Shown: positions 1 through 12,600, counted from the stretch's first letter. The stretch is DNA of 64,000 bases from Mayamaea pseudoterrestris (GCA_027923505.1 BROI01000017.1:372001-436000); one strand, 5' to 3'. Notes: generated by a model not told the origin, from the letters alone. Program-made: numbers and translations.

Positions 1-3000
1 AGCCAGTCTGAGCAATCGTGATGCAGACGACGCAGAGAAAATGGAATTGGAAGAAGTAAACCCCGTAAAGGATGGAGCTGCTACGGAGAATGAAGACGAG
101 GTCGGCGAACTCTACAAGGCAGAAATTATATGCTGGTCAGAAACGATTCCTAGTGTCATATGTGAGGTCTTGGTGTGTATCGAACGAATGGATAAGAATA
201 AAAACAACGAAACGGTGGCCATTACAACCGTGGTGTCAGCATTCCTGCTGCAGTTGAGCTCACAGTATCCAGAAAAAAGTCCAGTTCTTTTGGCTGGAGT
301 CTTTCAGCGATTGAAGACTGAAATTGACGATTTTTGCGTGGATCCGAATACGCGAGACCAGGCTTTTGCCGCGCTTTGTCACGCTGCAGTGCTTGTCACC
401 CGTGCAATACCAAAGTCACGAGTTTTGGTACTTCAAAATAATTTAATATCTTCGATTGTTGCCGCGGTTAATAGTTCATCTAAGGCACTGACAACGGATA
501 CGAAGACGCCTAGGTGGTTCTCGTCAGCGCTACTGCTACTTGACGTTATGGCCGAACCTTTTGCGGGCTTTGCCGACGAAGAATTTTCAAAGAGCATGTT
601 GAATGGCAACACGTCTAGCGAGAATGATGAATTAAAACGTGTGCAAGCGGAGCACAAAACGCTTGCGACCGCTCTTGGAGAAGCTACCACAAGCTTGTTC
701 TTAGCCATTAATGAAAGTGCTGGAGTTCCGAATTCTGCGGTAAAAGAAATGAATGATGGCTTCGCATCTATCCCCGGTTACTATCCGTTAATACCAATTT
801 CTTTGTCAAACCAATGCCTTGAAATTTGCTTGGATTTGCTAGAAACTGGATCGACGACAGCGCGGCGATGTTTGCTGACGCCAGAGGTTGCACAGGCGTG
901 CCTTTCATTACTCGTCCACCTTCTGCGAAGTCCGAATGCATCTGAGGCATGTCGAAAATTAGGAATTGCCGAAGCTGTGGTGTCGCTCCCAGCCACAAGC
1001 AAATTTACTGGAAACGCGGCTCTTGTGGCAATTCTGTTGCGCCGCTTACTTGAAGACTGCTCAACGCTCCAAGCTGCTATGGAACTTGAAATGAGAGGTA
1101 TTGTCGCAAAACTTCAAGCGAAGAAGCTTCATGGATCTACGGACAAATCAATTAGCGTAATTCTTCGAGTTTTTATGGACGCAACGACTCCGTTAATACG
1201 GCGTGATCCCTTGACTTTTGTGAAGTCCTTGGCACTTGCCGTGAAGATAGAGGCAGCGACAGAAGGTGACCCGCGTGTAGTGCTACTCCCTACTGCTGAA
1301 CGTACTCGGAATCAGGCTCTCGTCGCAAACTTGTCGATGTCGATAGTTGCTAGGTCCTTGGAGACGCCGATTATCCATGCAGGAACTGACGCGAGTAGAA
1401 GTTCACTCCACCAGAAGAAAGAAAAGAGTCGCAGGAGCCTGTCGGCCGGTAGGAAGGTTCAGAAAGATGCAGCATTGGGAATGAAAACCGGGAACAGGAC
1501 TAGTTTCGGTGGCCCAGAATCACCTGCGGCTCATGTGATGGCTGTTCTCGTACAGGCAGTCATCTCGTCACCGCTCAGCAATACAGATGGCAACGGGATC
1601 GATGACAAATTTCTTTGGCTTGGCAGTCTTCTGGAAATAATTGCCGAATTAATATTGGTATTACCAGCTTGTGCGAGCGCAATTCATAATTACCGCCCCA
1701 AAGACAAACTCGCGCGAACGACTTTGACGTCACAACTGCAGCATGCCTTATCAGGGGCACCAAGTCCACCGAAAACATTTGTTAACTTTCTCCTGCATTC
1801 TGTCTTGCCGCAAGACCGCATGTCAGTTCGAAGTGAGACAGAAATCTGGGACAAACAAAAAGGAGCAACTGAGTATGAAAGGCGTGCGATAACAGAAAAA
1901 CGAAAGAAAGCCTTTTGGATTGCAAAATCTTCTCAAGGTGCCGCTCGCGTCATACTTGCTTTGATGATGCGCCCTGGTGAAGGGCGTAAGCGAGTCGTTG
2001 CAGATCTCACGTTCGCCCTCAGTGGCGGTCGACTGGGGCACGCATCAACTATAACTCCTGAAGGACTGGACATTACCCACAAATTTAACATACGCGAACT
2101 GTTTGCGCTTCAGGCATGGGCTGAAATGACAATCGGCATAGCAGCACCACGCAGCTCGGGAAGGTTAGCCGACGGCATGGGAGCCATCAGCATCGAAAAC
2201 ATTCGAATCATGCTGGAAGCAGGCATCGTGCACGCGCTTGTGTATGGCCTTCATCGAATTAAGTTATATCATCCAATGGCTTCGATTACGGTTGCAGCGT
2301 TGTTGCAGCCGTTGGATTGTCTAACTAGAACTAGCGTTTCAACCAGCGTAAATGCCATGGTCTCAAAAGAAAAAGCTAAATTGTTGGATGGAAACCTTGC
2401 TTCGTCGGAAGACGGAGCTCATTCGTTATTTAATGATCCACATCAAGTCGTCGACGAGTCTGGTTCACAGCATGATATGGAAATGAGTATCGATGACAGC
2501 AGTGTTGTCGGAGGAAGTCGTACATTAGATTCAGAGGGCGACGAGAATGATGATGAAGACGACGAGGAGTCCGACGACGAAGACAGTGAAATGGAAGACG
2601 ATTCTGGTGATGAAGGAGAAGATGGTGAAGACCAAGACGAAAACATGGATTCAGAATCCTCAGAATCTGACGAGGCTGACGATGATGAACTTAGCGAAGG
2701 AGACGAGTGGAATGATGACGATTACGGTGATCTAGTCGTTGACGGGGACGAAGCTCAATTGGAATCCGATTTGGCAGATGATGAAGTAACAGACCAAGTC
2801 GAACAGTCAGTCGACGACGGTTGGACAAGAATTGAGTCGTCGAGCATTGGTGGTATAAGAAATCGCCCTATTCTACAGGGCAACAGCGGGGCTCGCATGA
2901 GAGGTTACGTCGATGCTGCAGAAGCCATGATTGGATCGTTACTGCAGAATGGAGAGATTAGCAACGAGGCTATGGATGAGATTGGTGAAACTTTGGGAAT

Positions 3001-6000
3001 TCAGTTAGCGAGCCAAGGTCGTGCGTTTCAGGCAATGCTTGGCCAAACAATGCTCGGCGGCGATCTCAGGCTTGTTTCAGCTACCAACCCACATGGTCAA
3101 CGAGCTATACGCGTCCTTGGCGATAACCGAGCGATCGGGAGCTCTACTGGCGTTCGGGGCGAAATGATTTCATCGTTGCCTTACGTTTCTCAGAGGACCC
3201 AGCCAGATATGAATACTTCAGCATTTAGCGGAGGACAGCGGGGGAATGAAGTAACTGCAATTGAGTTCATTTTTGGTGGACCTACTATCACCGCTGGTAG
3301 CCGATATTTTAATTTAGTATCTTCGGATAGCCAAATCGACGATTCTACCCAGCCTAGTTTGACTCAGCATGATTTGCAGCTTTTTCCTGAAGGCCCAGCA
3401 CCAGCGACAAGCTCTCGCATCCAGCAGCCCATGCATCCTTTGCTTGTCGGCGTGAATTTACCGCCTGTGAACGCCCTTGTGTCGGACTTACCGCTTGATG
3501 ATTCTCAAGGCTTACGAGGCGAGAGTGGGACTGCGAGGTCTGCAGGCTGGATGACAGCACCCGATGGGGGGCTTCTCATGTCGATGACAAGCGGCAATGT
3601 TGTTCGTTCCTTTGCCCGGACTATTTCTGGGGCTACTGGAATCGTTGGGGTGGGAAACAGATCTGCGGCAGCACCAGGGTTGGATGGCATCACTGATTTA
3701 GGCGCACAGAATCTCACCTCAGCGTTGGAGCGTGCCCTTGCGCAGACTGCAAGGCCTGTTTCCCAGTCATCAGTATCGGCAGAGTCCCCAGTCGAGACAG
3801 AGAATGTACAGACAACATTGAGTGATCGTACTGAAATTATTCAGCCAAGTGAGACGGACGCTCACCCAAATGATGGCGATATAGTTGCTTCGTCGCTCGC
3901 TGAAGGGCTTCGCTTGTCCCCAGTGGTGGACAACGACGCGGGTGTGCATCCCTCTCACAGTGGGCCGCATGTATTTGCCAACGCCACAGTATCCGCTTTA
4001 AGTAATGCGGCGCTGCCTAGCGAGAACTCTCCTCTGGATGAAGGAAACGAAAATGGAGCTGAGAACCAGATTGGCTCTTTAACGACTGCTAACGAACCAG
4101 AAGAGCCAACCCAGCCTGCGGTTCTTGCCCATTCACCGCGCATTATTGATGCCGCGATTGAAAATGTACTTGTGTGTCCGCCGGATGTTGACGCCGAAGT
4201 TTTCAGCAGTCTCCCATTGGAGATGCAGCAGGAATGCGTCAACCAATATGATAGTACTCGAGAATTGGCCGATCAGCTAAGTGGTTCGTCATTGGATCCG
4301 GAGGTTCTGGCTGCTCTACCGGAAGATATGCGACGCGAAGTGATTGAACAAGAACGACAGGAGCGCGCCATGAGAGAGCACGCGCAAGCTCCTGCCGATC
4401 CGTCGCATGCTGAAGAGATGGATAATGCTAGTTTCATTGCCTCACTTGCACCAGATTTACGGGAAGAAATACTGTCCACAGCCGACGATGAATTTTTAAA
4501 TAGTCTGCCTCCAAGTATCATTGCTGAAGCTCAATTATTGCGAGAAAGGGCGTCCATGCAGCAAAGAAGAATGCATGGCGATGTCGCCGAAGATGAAGGT
4601 GGAGCTGATGCAGCTGCGCCGCGAGGAAATGAACGCCGCGGGCAAGGTGGCGAACAAATCTTGACGAGAAGGAACAGAAGATTTGGCAAAATAAGAATTG
4701 AACAAGATAAGGCTGGTGTCATTTACCGTCCTGCATCGTTGTCAAGCCCGTTTGGCAAAAGCGACATAATGATGCTTATTGAATTGATGTATCTTCAATC
4801 GCCAGTTCGACCAAGCCGCCTTTTGCAGAAGCTTTTCCATAATGTATTTGCCGATCCGTTGCTCAGAGCAGCCACAACTAGCTGTTTCATCAGGCTTCTC
4901 ATGGAAGATTTAGAAAGTAGTCGACGACTACTCGACGCGCTAGCAAACAACTATGACAACAAGGACGATTGGCGATTTTTGATGGATTTGCTGTTCATCC
5001 CGAGTGATTTTCCTCCAACCCGCTTGTTAGGCAGTATGCCTGAAGCAACGAGTGGTGAGCTGATGACCCTACCGTCTAAACGAAGAATCTGGCAGAGTGC
5101 ATCTGCTTCGATAGCGGCGAATCTGCCAAGATTTACTGGCACAGATGTTGCTATCCCGCCTGTTGTCTCTACTCGGCTTATTGATACGATGCTGCAAATT
5201 TGCAAGGCCTCCCCTCGATATTGTGTCCACTTGCTTCTCCCTAGTGGTAATGAAACCGCATCTGGCTTTGAGTATCTACTGGATCTTCTCGGAAAGCCAT
5301 TGTACAATGGGAGTTCCACCAATCTAGACCAGCTGCTGGGTTTGTTGGAAGCCGCTGTGGCGCCACTTTCGCATATTGCGAAGGTTGGCGATGATGAAGT
5401 CGAGATATCCGAGAAGGATTTAAGTGCAGCTGCTGCAGCAGGCAAGCAATGGATAGATGCACCCCGCATTACGATTTCAAAAGCACGGCTTCAGCTGCTG
5501 TGCTCAATTTTGCGCATGGAAGTGTGTCGCGATTCATCATTCACGAAGGTGAACACGATTGTGCGACGTCTCTGCCGAGTCGAAACAAATCGAGGATTTG
5601 TCCTCGGCGAACTGGCTGCTGTGGCTCATGCGCTCGGTACCGACGCTTGGCGCGACCTTCGCGCACTAAAGATGCGTATGGAGAATGCAGCGATTCAACA
5701 TCAACAGCGCATGTCTGGAGCAAATGTTGCTGCATCTGGAGCCACTGACAATGGTGTAAATCCAGTGGTCGGAAAAGCAAGCTCTGTAACGCTGGCCACT
5801 AGTTCAAGTGAGCTGAAGCTCCTTCGGGTCCTACAGACTTTGCAGTCTTTGTGCGGAGAGAATTGGGACGAATCCGGTAGCAAAAAGAACGACAGCATCA
5901 TTGTGACACAGGAATTGATCCACTTGCTCAAGCAGTTAGATTTTGGTCAACTTTGGGACGAACTTTCAGCATGCCTTGGCCTTGTCCAAGTCCTCGAGGG

Positions 6001-7549
6001 CGTGAAAGCTTTTGAAGACGACGAAAAATGTAAATCCGAAGAGATTGAAGTCCTCGACGATGCCGGCGAGGAGGGAGACGAACCACAGCAACGACAGCGA
6101 AACAAGCTGCGCAATAGCGCGGCTGGGCTTCTCACCAGGTTTATGCCGGCTATAGAGGCTTTCTTTGTCGCCAATGCGAGTGCATCAAGAGCGAGCAAGG
6201 ATACAGGTAGCAACGACGAGGTGCCTACCAAGATTTCCCAAGATGTTGACGTTGATAGCCTAGTCGACGGCAAGCGTGTCCTTGCTTTTGTATCAACCAA
6301 CAGGGTTTTGTTAAATGCTCTTATTCGCAACAATACAAACATTATTGACAAGGGTTTGCGTGCGCTGGTTCAGGTACCGCGATGCCGCCTTTTTCTTGAC
6401 TTTGACATCAAGCGTCAGTGGTTCAAAAGCCAGCTTCGCCGTTTACGCCAGCAAGCGTCACGTCGCCATGGTAGTCTGCGTCTTCACATCCGCCGCAAAT
6501 ACGTTTTCGAGGATGCCTACCATCAGCTCCGACTTCGAAACGCGGAAGAAATGCGAGGTCGTCTGCATGTGACGTTTCGAAACGAAGAAGGAGTTGACGC
6601 TGGCGGACTGTCGCGAGAGTTTTTTGGCATACTGTCAAAGGAGATATTTAATCCGAACTACGCTCTTTTTACGTCAACCGAAGATGGTTGTACGTTTCAA
6701 CCCAATCCAAATAGCAGCATCAACCCGGATCATCTGAGTTATTTTCGATTCGTCGGTCGTATCGTCGGAAAGGCAGTCGCGGATGGATTCCTGTTGGACG
6801 TGCATTTTACAAGAAGCATTTACAAGCACATGCTTGGAATGACTCCGACCTACCATGACATGGAAGCGATTGACCCGGACTATTATCGTAATCTCAAGAC
6901 AATTCTTGAGTACAATTTGGCTGACATTGGTCTGGATTTGACGTTTAGTATTGAAGACCATTCGTTTGGCCGCAGCCGAACAATCGATTTAGTTCCCGAT
7001 GGACGCAACATTCATGTGACGGACGAGGACAAGGAACAGTACGTTCGTTTGGTCTGTCAGCACCGCATGACGACGGCTATCCAGTCGCAGATTAAGGCAT
7101 ACCTCGATGGCTTTTACGAAATGGTTAATCCCGAGCTCATTGTCATTTTTACTCCACGTGAATTGGAGCTACTTATTTCCGGCTTGCCGGACATTGATGT
7201 GACGGATCTCAAGGCCAATACCGACTACGTTGGATACAAATTGACGGATCCAGAAATAGTTTGGTTTTGGAACATTTTGTTTAACTTGTCGCGAAATGAC
7301 AAGGCTACCTTTCTCCAGTTTGTCACCGGTTCGTCCAAGGTGCCACTTACTGGATTTGCGGAGCTACAAGGCATGCGTGGCATTCAAAAGTTTAGTGTTC
7401 ACAAGGTTTCGGGCAAGAAGGGCTCCTTGATGTCAGCGCACACTTGCTTCAACCAATTGGACTTGCCAACGTATGACAGTGAAGAAGAGATGCGTACGAA
7501 GCTTCTTTTAGCAATCAACGAAGGTGGCGGTGCCTTCTTGTTTGCGTAA
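1..7549 (+). CDS. HECT E3 ubiquitin ligase, HUWE1/UPL1/Tom1-like (5' end lies outside the window)
   Basis: 2502-aa ORF whose frame is open back to the window start; acidic tract; UBM/DUF4414-like repeats (LDPEVLAALPEDMRREVIEQ); C-terminal HECT domain (FRNEEGVDAGGLSREFF, FLQFVTGSSKVP, catalytic SAHTCFNQLDLP). Confidence 0.95.
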   Translation, partial: ASLSNRDADDAEKMELEEVNPVKDGAATENEDEVGELYKAEIICWSETIPSVICEVLVCIERMDKNKNNETVAITTVVSAFLLQLSSQYPEKSPVLLAGVFQRLKTEIDDFCVDPNTRDQAFAALCHAAVLVTRAIPKSRVLVLQNNLISSIVAAVNSSSKALTTDTKTPRWFSSALLLLDVMAEPFAGFADEEFSKSMLNGNTSSENDELKRVQAEHKTLATALGEATTSLFLAINESAGVPNSAVKEMNDGFASIPGYYPLIPISLSNQCLEICLDLLETGSTTARRCLLTPEVAQACLSLLVHLLRSPNASEACRKLGIAEAVVSLPATSKFTGNAALVAILLRRLLEDCSTLQAAMELEMRGIVAKLQAKKLHGSTDKSISVILRVFMDATTPLIRRDPLTFVKSLALAVKIEAATEGDPRVVLLPTAERTRNQALVANLSMSIVARSLETPIIHAGTDASRSSLHQKKEKSRRSLSAGRKVQKDAALGMKTGNRTSFGGPESPAAHVMAVLVQAVISSPLSNTDGNGIDDKFLWLGSLLEIIAELILVLPACASAIHNYRPKDKLARTTLTSQLQHALSGAPSPPKTFVNFLLHSVLPQDRMSVRSETEIWDKQKGATEYERRAITEKRKKAFWIAKSSQGAARVILALMMRPGEGRKRVVADLTFALSGGRLGHASTITPEGLDITHKFNIRELFALQAWAEMTIGIAAPRSSGRLADGMGAISIENIRIMLEAGIVHALVYGLHRIKLYHPMASITVAALLQPLDCLTRTSVSTSVNAMVSKEKAKLLDGNLASSEDGAHSLFNDPHQVVDESGSQHDMEMSIDDSSVVGGSRTLDSEGDENDDEDDEESDDEDSEMEDDSGDEGEDGEDQDENMDSESSESDEADDDELSEGDEWNDDDYGDLVVDGDEAQLESDLADDEVTDQVEQSVDDGWTRIESSSIGGIRNRPILQGNSGARMRGYVDAAEAMIGSLLQNGEISNEAMDEIGETLGIQLASQGRAFQAMLGQTMLGGDLRLVSATNPHGQRAIRVLGDNRAIGSSTGVRGEMISSLPYVSQRTQPDMNTSAFSGGQRGNEVTAIEFIFGGPTITAGSRYFNLVSSDSQIDDSTQPSLTQHDLQLFPEGPAPATSSRIQQPMHPLLVGVNLPPVNALVSDLPLDDSQGLRGESGTARSAGWMTAPDGGLLMSMTSGNVVRSFARTISGATGIVGVGNRSAAAPGLDGITDLGAQNLTSALERALAQTARPVSQSSVSAESPVETENVQTTLSDRTEIIQPSETDAHPNDGDIVASSLAEGLRLSPVVDNDAGVHPSHSGPHVFANATVSALSNAALPSENSPLDEGNENGAENQIGSLTTANEPEEPTQPAVLAHSPRIIDAAIENVLVCPPDVDAEVFSSLPLEMQQECVNQYDSTRELADQLSGSSLDPEVLAALPEDMRREVIEQERQERAMREHAQAPADPSHAEEMDNASFIASLAPDLREEILSTADDEFLNSLPPSIIAEAQLLRERASMQQRRMHGDVAEDEGGADAAAPRGNERRGQGGEQILTRRNRRFGKIRIEQDKAGVIYRPASLSSPFGKSDIMMLIELMYLQSPVRPSRLLQKLFHNVFADPLLRAATTSCFIRLLMEDLESSRRLLDALANNYDNKDDWRFLMDLLFIPSDFPPTRLLGSMPEATSGELMTLPSKRRIWQSASASIAANLPRFTGTDVAIPPVVSTRLIDTMLQICKASPRYCVHLLLPSGNETASGFEYLLDLLGKPLYNGSSTNLDQLLGLLEAAVAPLSHIAKVGDDEVEISEKDLSAAAAAGKQWIDAPRITISKARLQLLCSILRMEVCRDSSFTKVNTIVRRLCRVETNRGFVLGELAAVAHALGTDAWRDLRALKMRMENAAIQHQQRMSGANVAASGATDNGVNPVVGKASSVTLATSSSELKLLRVLQTLQSLCGENWDESGSKKNDSIIVTQELIHLLKQLDFGQLWDELSACLGLVQVLEGVKAFEDDEKCKSEEIEVLDDAGEEGDEPQQRQRNKLRNSAAGLLTRFMPAIEAFFVANASASRASKDTGSNDEVPTKISQDVDVDSLVDGKRVLAFVSTNRVLLNALIRNNTNIIDKGLRALVQVPRCRLFLDFDIKRQWFKSQLRRLRQQASRRHGSLRLHIRRKYVFEDAYHQLRLRNAEEMRGRLHVTFRNEEGVDAGGLSREFFGILSKEIFNPNYALFTSTEDGCTFQPNPNSSINPDHLSYFRFVGRIVGKAVADGFLLDVHFTRSIYKHMLGMTPTYHDMEAIDPDYYRNLKTILEYNLADIGLDLTFSIEDHSFGRSRTIDLVPDGRNIHVTDEDKEQYVRLVCQHRMTTAIQSQIKAYLDGFYEMVNPELIVIFTPRELELLISGLPDIDVTDLKANTDYVGYKLTDPEIVWFWNILFNLSRNDKATFLQFVTGSSKVPLTGFAELQGMRGIQKFSVHKVSGKKGSLMSAHTCFNQLDLPTYDSEEEMRTKLLLAINEGGGAFLFA

Positions 7550-7826
7550 GAGGAGGAACGATGAAAAACGAGGCTCGTTATGCAAGAACGCGATGGCTCG
7601 CTTTTATACACAAATACTATAACATTTACTTTTCTACTATACGCATATACAATTCTGGTGGAGGCAAAATCGTGATGTACCGTAGCAGTTAGCTAAACCA
7701 TTGATGTCGCAGTGGTGCTTATCGATCTGGACGAATTCACCATGGCGAAAAGGAGTGGCATGTCGTTCGTTGAATTATCAAGAAGTTTCTCGTAACGATT
7801 GTTAGGTTTTACCCAGGCTCGACTGA

Positions 7827-9146
7827 ATGAGTGATCAAGCAATTAACAGAATAGAAGACAGCCGATGCAACAATGTAATTCTAGGACAAAAAAGCACCTG
7901 CAGCAGCAGCAATGCTCAGGCTGCTGTGCTTACTGTTAATCCGTATGCCGTTAAGCGAACGCCGGCAGCCATGTATAATGGACCTCTTCATCCATTTCCT
8001 GTTACAATACAGCCTCTTGCTGCGCCAATATTGCAGCAAAACCCTTTGAAGAATGAGGACGATGACGAGATCAATCCGACTGTTCGTGCTGCAATTAACA
8101 ATCATCCAGCTGCACCAGATGGAATACAGGAGGAGAAGTCAAGCCGTCCAATGGCACAGCAACAAGGAATTTCCGCGAAAGATTTACCGCAGTGGCAACG
8201 ATTGCCGAGCCGTCACTTGAGCTTTGAATGCTGTGAAATTCTCACAATCCCCGAGTGCGCCGCGTTGCTTCGAGACAATCAGAGGAACCACAATGGCAAG
8301 CCGAAATCCATTTCCGTGACGGGAACGATTCGCTACATTGTCACGCATAATGAAAAAATGCAAGCTCTCAATCCAATGGTTGCTGTAGAGGATGATGGTC
8401 ATGCCCTATCGACTCGAAGGACCGTCTCATTGGTCCTGTCAGATCCACTGGTTGCGCTGACGAATGCAAATCAAGTCGCCAAGACACCACTTGCCGGAAA
8501 ACAAACATCGCACTCACTGTCAATTCATCGACGCGTAAGCACGACGCCTGCGAGAAAACCATGTACGGCGACGAGTAGCAGCAAGACGCCGGCCACAACA
8601 ACGCACCGGCAGAACCATACAGGCTGTACCAACCCAACGCCACTGCAACCTGGGACCATGCTTCGAAAGCGCTCCTTTCGGTCCATAAGTCGAACAAGTC
8701 ATCGCAGCAATCTACTATCATCGGGAATGGGGCGCCGAACGAGTTTGGCGGTTGCAATGGATCCGATGCAAAAACTGGTGACCGAACTGAGCAGCCACAA
8801 ACAAACGACCGTTTGGATACAGGCTGATCCAACCGTCGTTCCGGCGTATTCCTTTCAGGTTGGTCAGCTGCTGACAGTCATGGGAGAAGTTATAATGAAT
8901 GACGAGGATATAAATATTGCGGTCAAGCAGACCTGCGCCAATGACATGGAAGTATCAAAAGAAACGGCTGGTGAGGGTGACGAGACTCTGCAAGACACTG
9001 TGCCCACGACCGCCACGAATGCTGCGATTCTTCCACACATGGCTTGGATTAGAGCTCGCATCTTTAGGAATGCGACGGGAACCAATATGAAACAGTATAC
9101 GGATGCGCTCATGATGAGACGAAAGATGCTTGAACAGATCAGGTGA
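7827..9146 (+). CDS. Putative TEN1-like OB-fold protein (CST complex) with long low-complexity insertions
   Basis: Blocks SISVTGTIRY, FQVGQLLTVMGEV and WIRARIFRNATGTNMKQYTDALMMRRKML resemble the strands and C-terminal helix of plant/animal TEN1. Confidence 0.5.
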   Translation: MSDQAINRIEDSRCNNVILGQKSTCSSSNAQAAVLTVNPYAVKRTPAAMYNGPLHPFPVTIQPLAAPILQQNPLKNEDDDEINPTVRAAINNHPAAPDGIQEEKSSRPMAQQQGISAKDLPQWQRLPSRHLSFECCEILTIPECAALLRDNQRNHNGKPKSISVTGTIRYIVTHNEKMQALNPMVAVEDDGHALSTRRTVSLVLSDPLVALTNANQVAKTPLAGKQTSHSLSIHRRVSTTPARKPCTATSSSKTPATTTHRQNHTGCTNPTPLQPGTMLRKRSFRSISRTSHRSNLLSSGMGRRTSLAVAMDPMQKLVTELSSHKQTTVWIQADPTVVPAYSFQVGQLLTVMGEVIMNDEDINIAVKQTCANDMEVSKETAGEGDETLQDTVPTTATNAAILPHMAWIRARIFRNATGTNMKQYTDALMMRRKMLEQIR

Positions 9147-9662
9147 CCAAGAATATTATAATAAATGCTCAATACTGAATTACTTTATGCATATAATGGC
9201 AGTCAATTACTTACATTTACTGTTAGTCCAGGAGCGGTTCAGTCGATGCGACATTGCGGAAGAGTTTGTGGAAGGCCAGTTAGGCTACGTTAGTAGAACT
9301 TGGTTTCCATGTTTACGTCAACTTCGGTGCTGTGACCTTCAATGCAAGCGAGAAATATACAAGTAGCTATGATGAAAGACGCCGCGTGTGCATCGAATGT
9401 GAACGACCGTCCATGGTCGATCATGCGGATCGCGGAACGATGGAAAAATGACTCATTAAAGTCATTAAATAACGTCATAAATGACCTGCGACATGTTCCG
9501 CGGTCACGGTGTGCCGCTTGATGCCTTTCGAGAATGACCATGAGATTCCAATTCCTTTTCGAGCGGCCGACGTGCCTACAATCAGATCCCTGTCGTCCAC
9601 TGCATTTCTTCATAGTCATCATCGACTAACAGGGAACAAAGAAGACTCTAATCCATTGTATC

Positions 9663-12600
9663 ATGCAGCGATTTGCAGGCAATGGAAGCAGCAGTGGAAA
9701 GAAACTGCCCTCGAGTCATTCATCGAATGGAAGCACAATCAATCAACAACAACATCAGCATCATCATGCTAGCAGTATTTCTTCCAAGGGGCATGCTCGA
9801 TCACATGGCTTGATTCAACGAATGGTGAAAAAATGTCTCGCTATTCGATTACGAACGCTCATGCTCGCTTGTGTCGTTGGATCCATCGTGATTTTCTACT
9901 CCAATAGCAGCCGACGAAGCAAAAGCAGCAAACACTCTTCGACACAAGACGCCATGGACTACCTGAATAGCTTTATGCATGACGGTAGTGGCGGAGTTCC
10001 GAGCAAGGATGCTTTTTTGAGGCAGCAGTCACGAACTGGACGCAAAGAGAAGCAGCAACGAAACGTCAAGCAGTCGACAGCATCCGCAGCAGCAATCACT
10101 GTCGCTCGCCGCTTCGCCCACCAAGACTTTGGTCAAGCCATGACAGACAGCGATTCCTCGTCGCTAGTGCAACTTTCGCAAAAGCTCCCAGTCATTGTGC
10201 TTGGCTTTCCAAAGTCTGGAACGACGAGCATTTGGAGCTACTTTAACTGCAGCAACGTTCGTGCCCAGCACTTTTGCGCCTATGGCGACTTGCAGGATGC
10301 GCCGCCCTGCAGTAAAGCGACGTGAGTACACAGACTATGAATTCTTTGAGTGAGAGAGGCTTGCTTGCGTGTGAATGAATGATGTTTGGAAAAGTTTTGT
10401 CGCGAGATTTGACAAGTTTCTCACATTTATTTTTCCTTCACTTTACTTGTGCTTTCGCATGACTCGCCTTGTTCAAACATACAATCTGCATTTGCTTGGC
10501 AAACTTTATCATTCACAATACAGCATGGCTGAATGCGTGTTATACAACATGGCCGAAGGCCGCAGAATGTTTGACGGCTGCGGCAACTACCAAGTATATG
10601 CTCAGATTGATGGCGAACGACCAAAGAGCCGAGGCTGGGGAACCTTGTACGAGAATGGAACGCGCATCAAGGATGTTGCCTTTGGGCACTTTTTGCCTCA
10701 GCATTTCAATTTAGAGGTTATTCACAACGACTATCCGGAAGCAACCTTTATACTTCCGCTGCGTGATCCAGCCGACTGGGCCAAGAGTGTCATGCATTGG
10801 TTTCAAATGAAGCGGTGGATTTTGAATGAGTACATGGCGCACGATTCAAGTATTACCATTCCAGCCAAGCGAGCAGGCTTTTTGGATGCATTCTTGCAGC
10901 GCGTCTACGTGGAGCATACTCAAGTTGTTCGAGATTTTGTAGCGAAACATCCAAGCCATGCGTATATTGAAGTTAACCTTACCGATCCAAATGCTGGTAG
11001 TGTCATGAGCAAATCTTTTGGCTTGAGCGACAAGTGCTGGGGGCATCACAACAAGAAGGAGTCGCATGACAAGCTTGTCAGATTTCCAAAAGCGAAAGCA
11101 GTCGATTCGATTTCGGCAGAGCAGCAGGCGAATGGATGGAAACCAATCAAATTGGCGTCACCAATCATTAGTCTTGGATATCCGCGGAGCGGATTGGCCG
11201 ACCTTTGGGCGTACTTTACGTGCGAAGGCATGCCGACACAGCGTCGGTGTGCCTATGGCGATGTTTCGGATGCAAGTCCGTGCGACAAGGGAACCATGTC
11301 GGAATGTATACTTAACAACATGGCCGACGAGCGACCCATGCTGGAAGGCTGCGGCGACTATCAAGTCTTTGTGCAAATTGATGGCGAGCGACCAAAGCAG
11401 CCTGGGCTGGGCATGCTCATGAACGATGGAAGCCACCGCAAAGATGCTGCGTTTGGACATTTTCTGCCGCAACATCACCAGCTGGAGCGACTCCATCGCG
11501 AGAATGCCAACGCCACCTTCTTACTACCTGTGAAGGACGCAGAAGAGTGGGCCTTATCAGTTTTGGGCTTCTTTTCAATGAAGCGATGGATCATTAACGA
11601 ATATATGCTCCACGACAGCAGCATTCAATTCCCCGACTATGGCAAGCCACGAAAGGATTTTCTTATGAAAATTTATCAAGAGCACAATGACTACGTTCAG
11701 CACTTCTTTAGAGACAAGCAAAGCACATTGGTTGTAGTAAACACTTCCGATCCAAATGCCGGCAAAATTTTGGCCAGCTCTTTCAATCTGCATTCATCGT
11801 GTTGGGGAACCAACGGAACTCGAACTGAGGAGGAGGACGTGCCGAAGAAGACCAAGCTGAAGAAGCTTGATTTGTCAAAGGTTGGAGAACTCGCCATTGC
11901 AAAGGCAGTGGAGCGTGAAATGAAGGCTGCGGAACGAAAGCGACAAAAAGAGGACGAGTTGGCGGCCGAGCGAATGGTCCATCGAACGAAGCTAAGTCTA
12001 CCCGAGCCTGTCATAGTTGTGGGCTTTCCAAAGTCTGGTACGACAAGTATATGGAATTATTTTAACTGCTCGGACGTTGTGGCTCAGCATTATTGTGCCT
12101 ATGGCGAAATCAATGATGCTCCGCCTTGCCAGCGAGGGACGATGGCGTCATGCATAATCAACAACATGGGACAAAATAAGCCATTATTTGACAAGTGCGG
12201 AGATTATCAGGTGTATGCCCAAATTGATGGAGAGCGGCCTAAGCAACCTGGTCTTGGCATGCGATTTGAAAATGATACTTGGTCGCTTGCAGCTCCATTT
12301 TCGCATTTTCTTCCACAAGTATTCAATTTGGACGACATTCACAGGCACTATCCGGATGCAACTTTCGTTCTTCCTCTTCGAGAACCAATGGTGTGGGCGT
12401 ACTCGGTCATGCACTGGTGTAAGTAATGCATGCTCTACTAGTTTTGTGTTTGGGCGTTCTTGTGACGATGCGCTAAGGACAACGTTTTTTTCTCTATTGC
12501 TTTCAGTTATGATGAAGCGATGGATCATCAACGAGTACATGTCCAAGAATAGCAGTCTTGAGTTTGATATGATTGGGTACGGTGATCAACGGCGAGCCTT

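Noticed and set aside
72..7611. Numerous short antisense or alternative-frame ORFs over the HECT ligase and other genes
   Set aside because: Shadow ORFs with no recognisable motifs.
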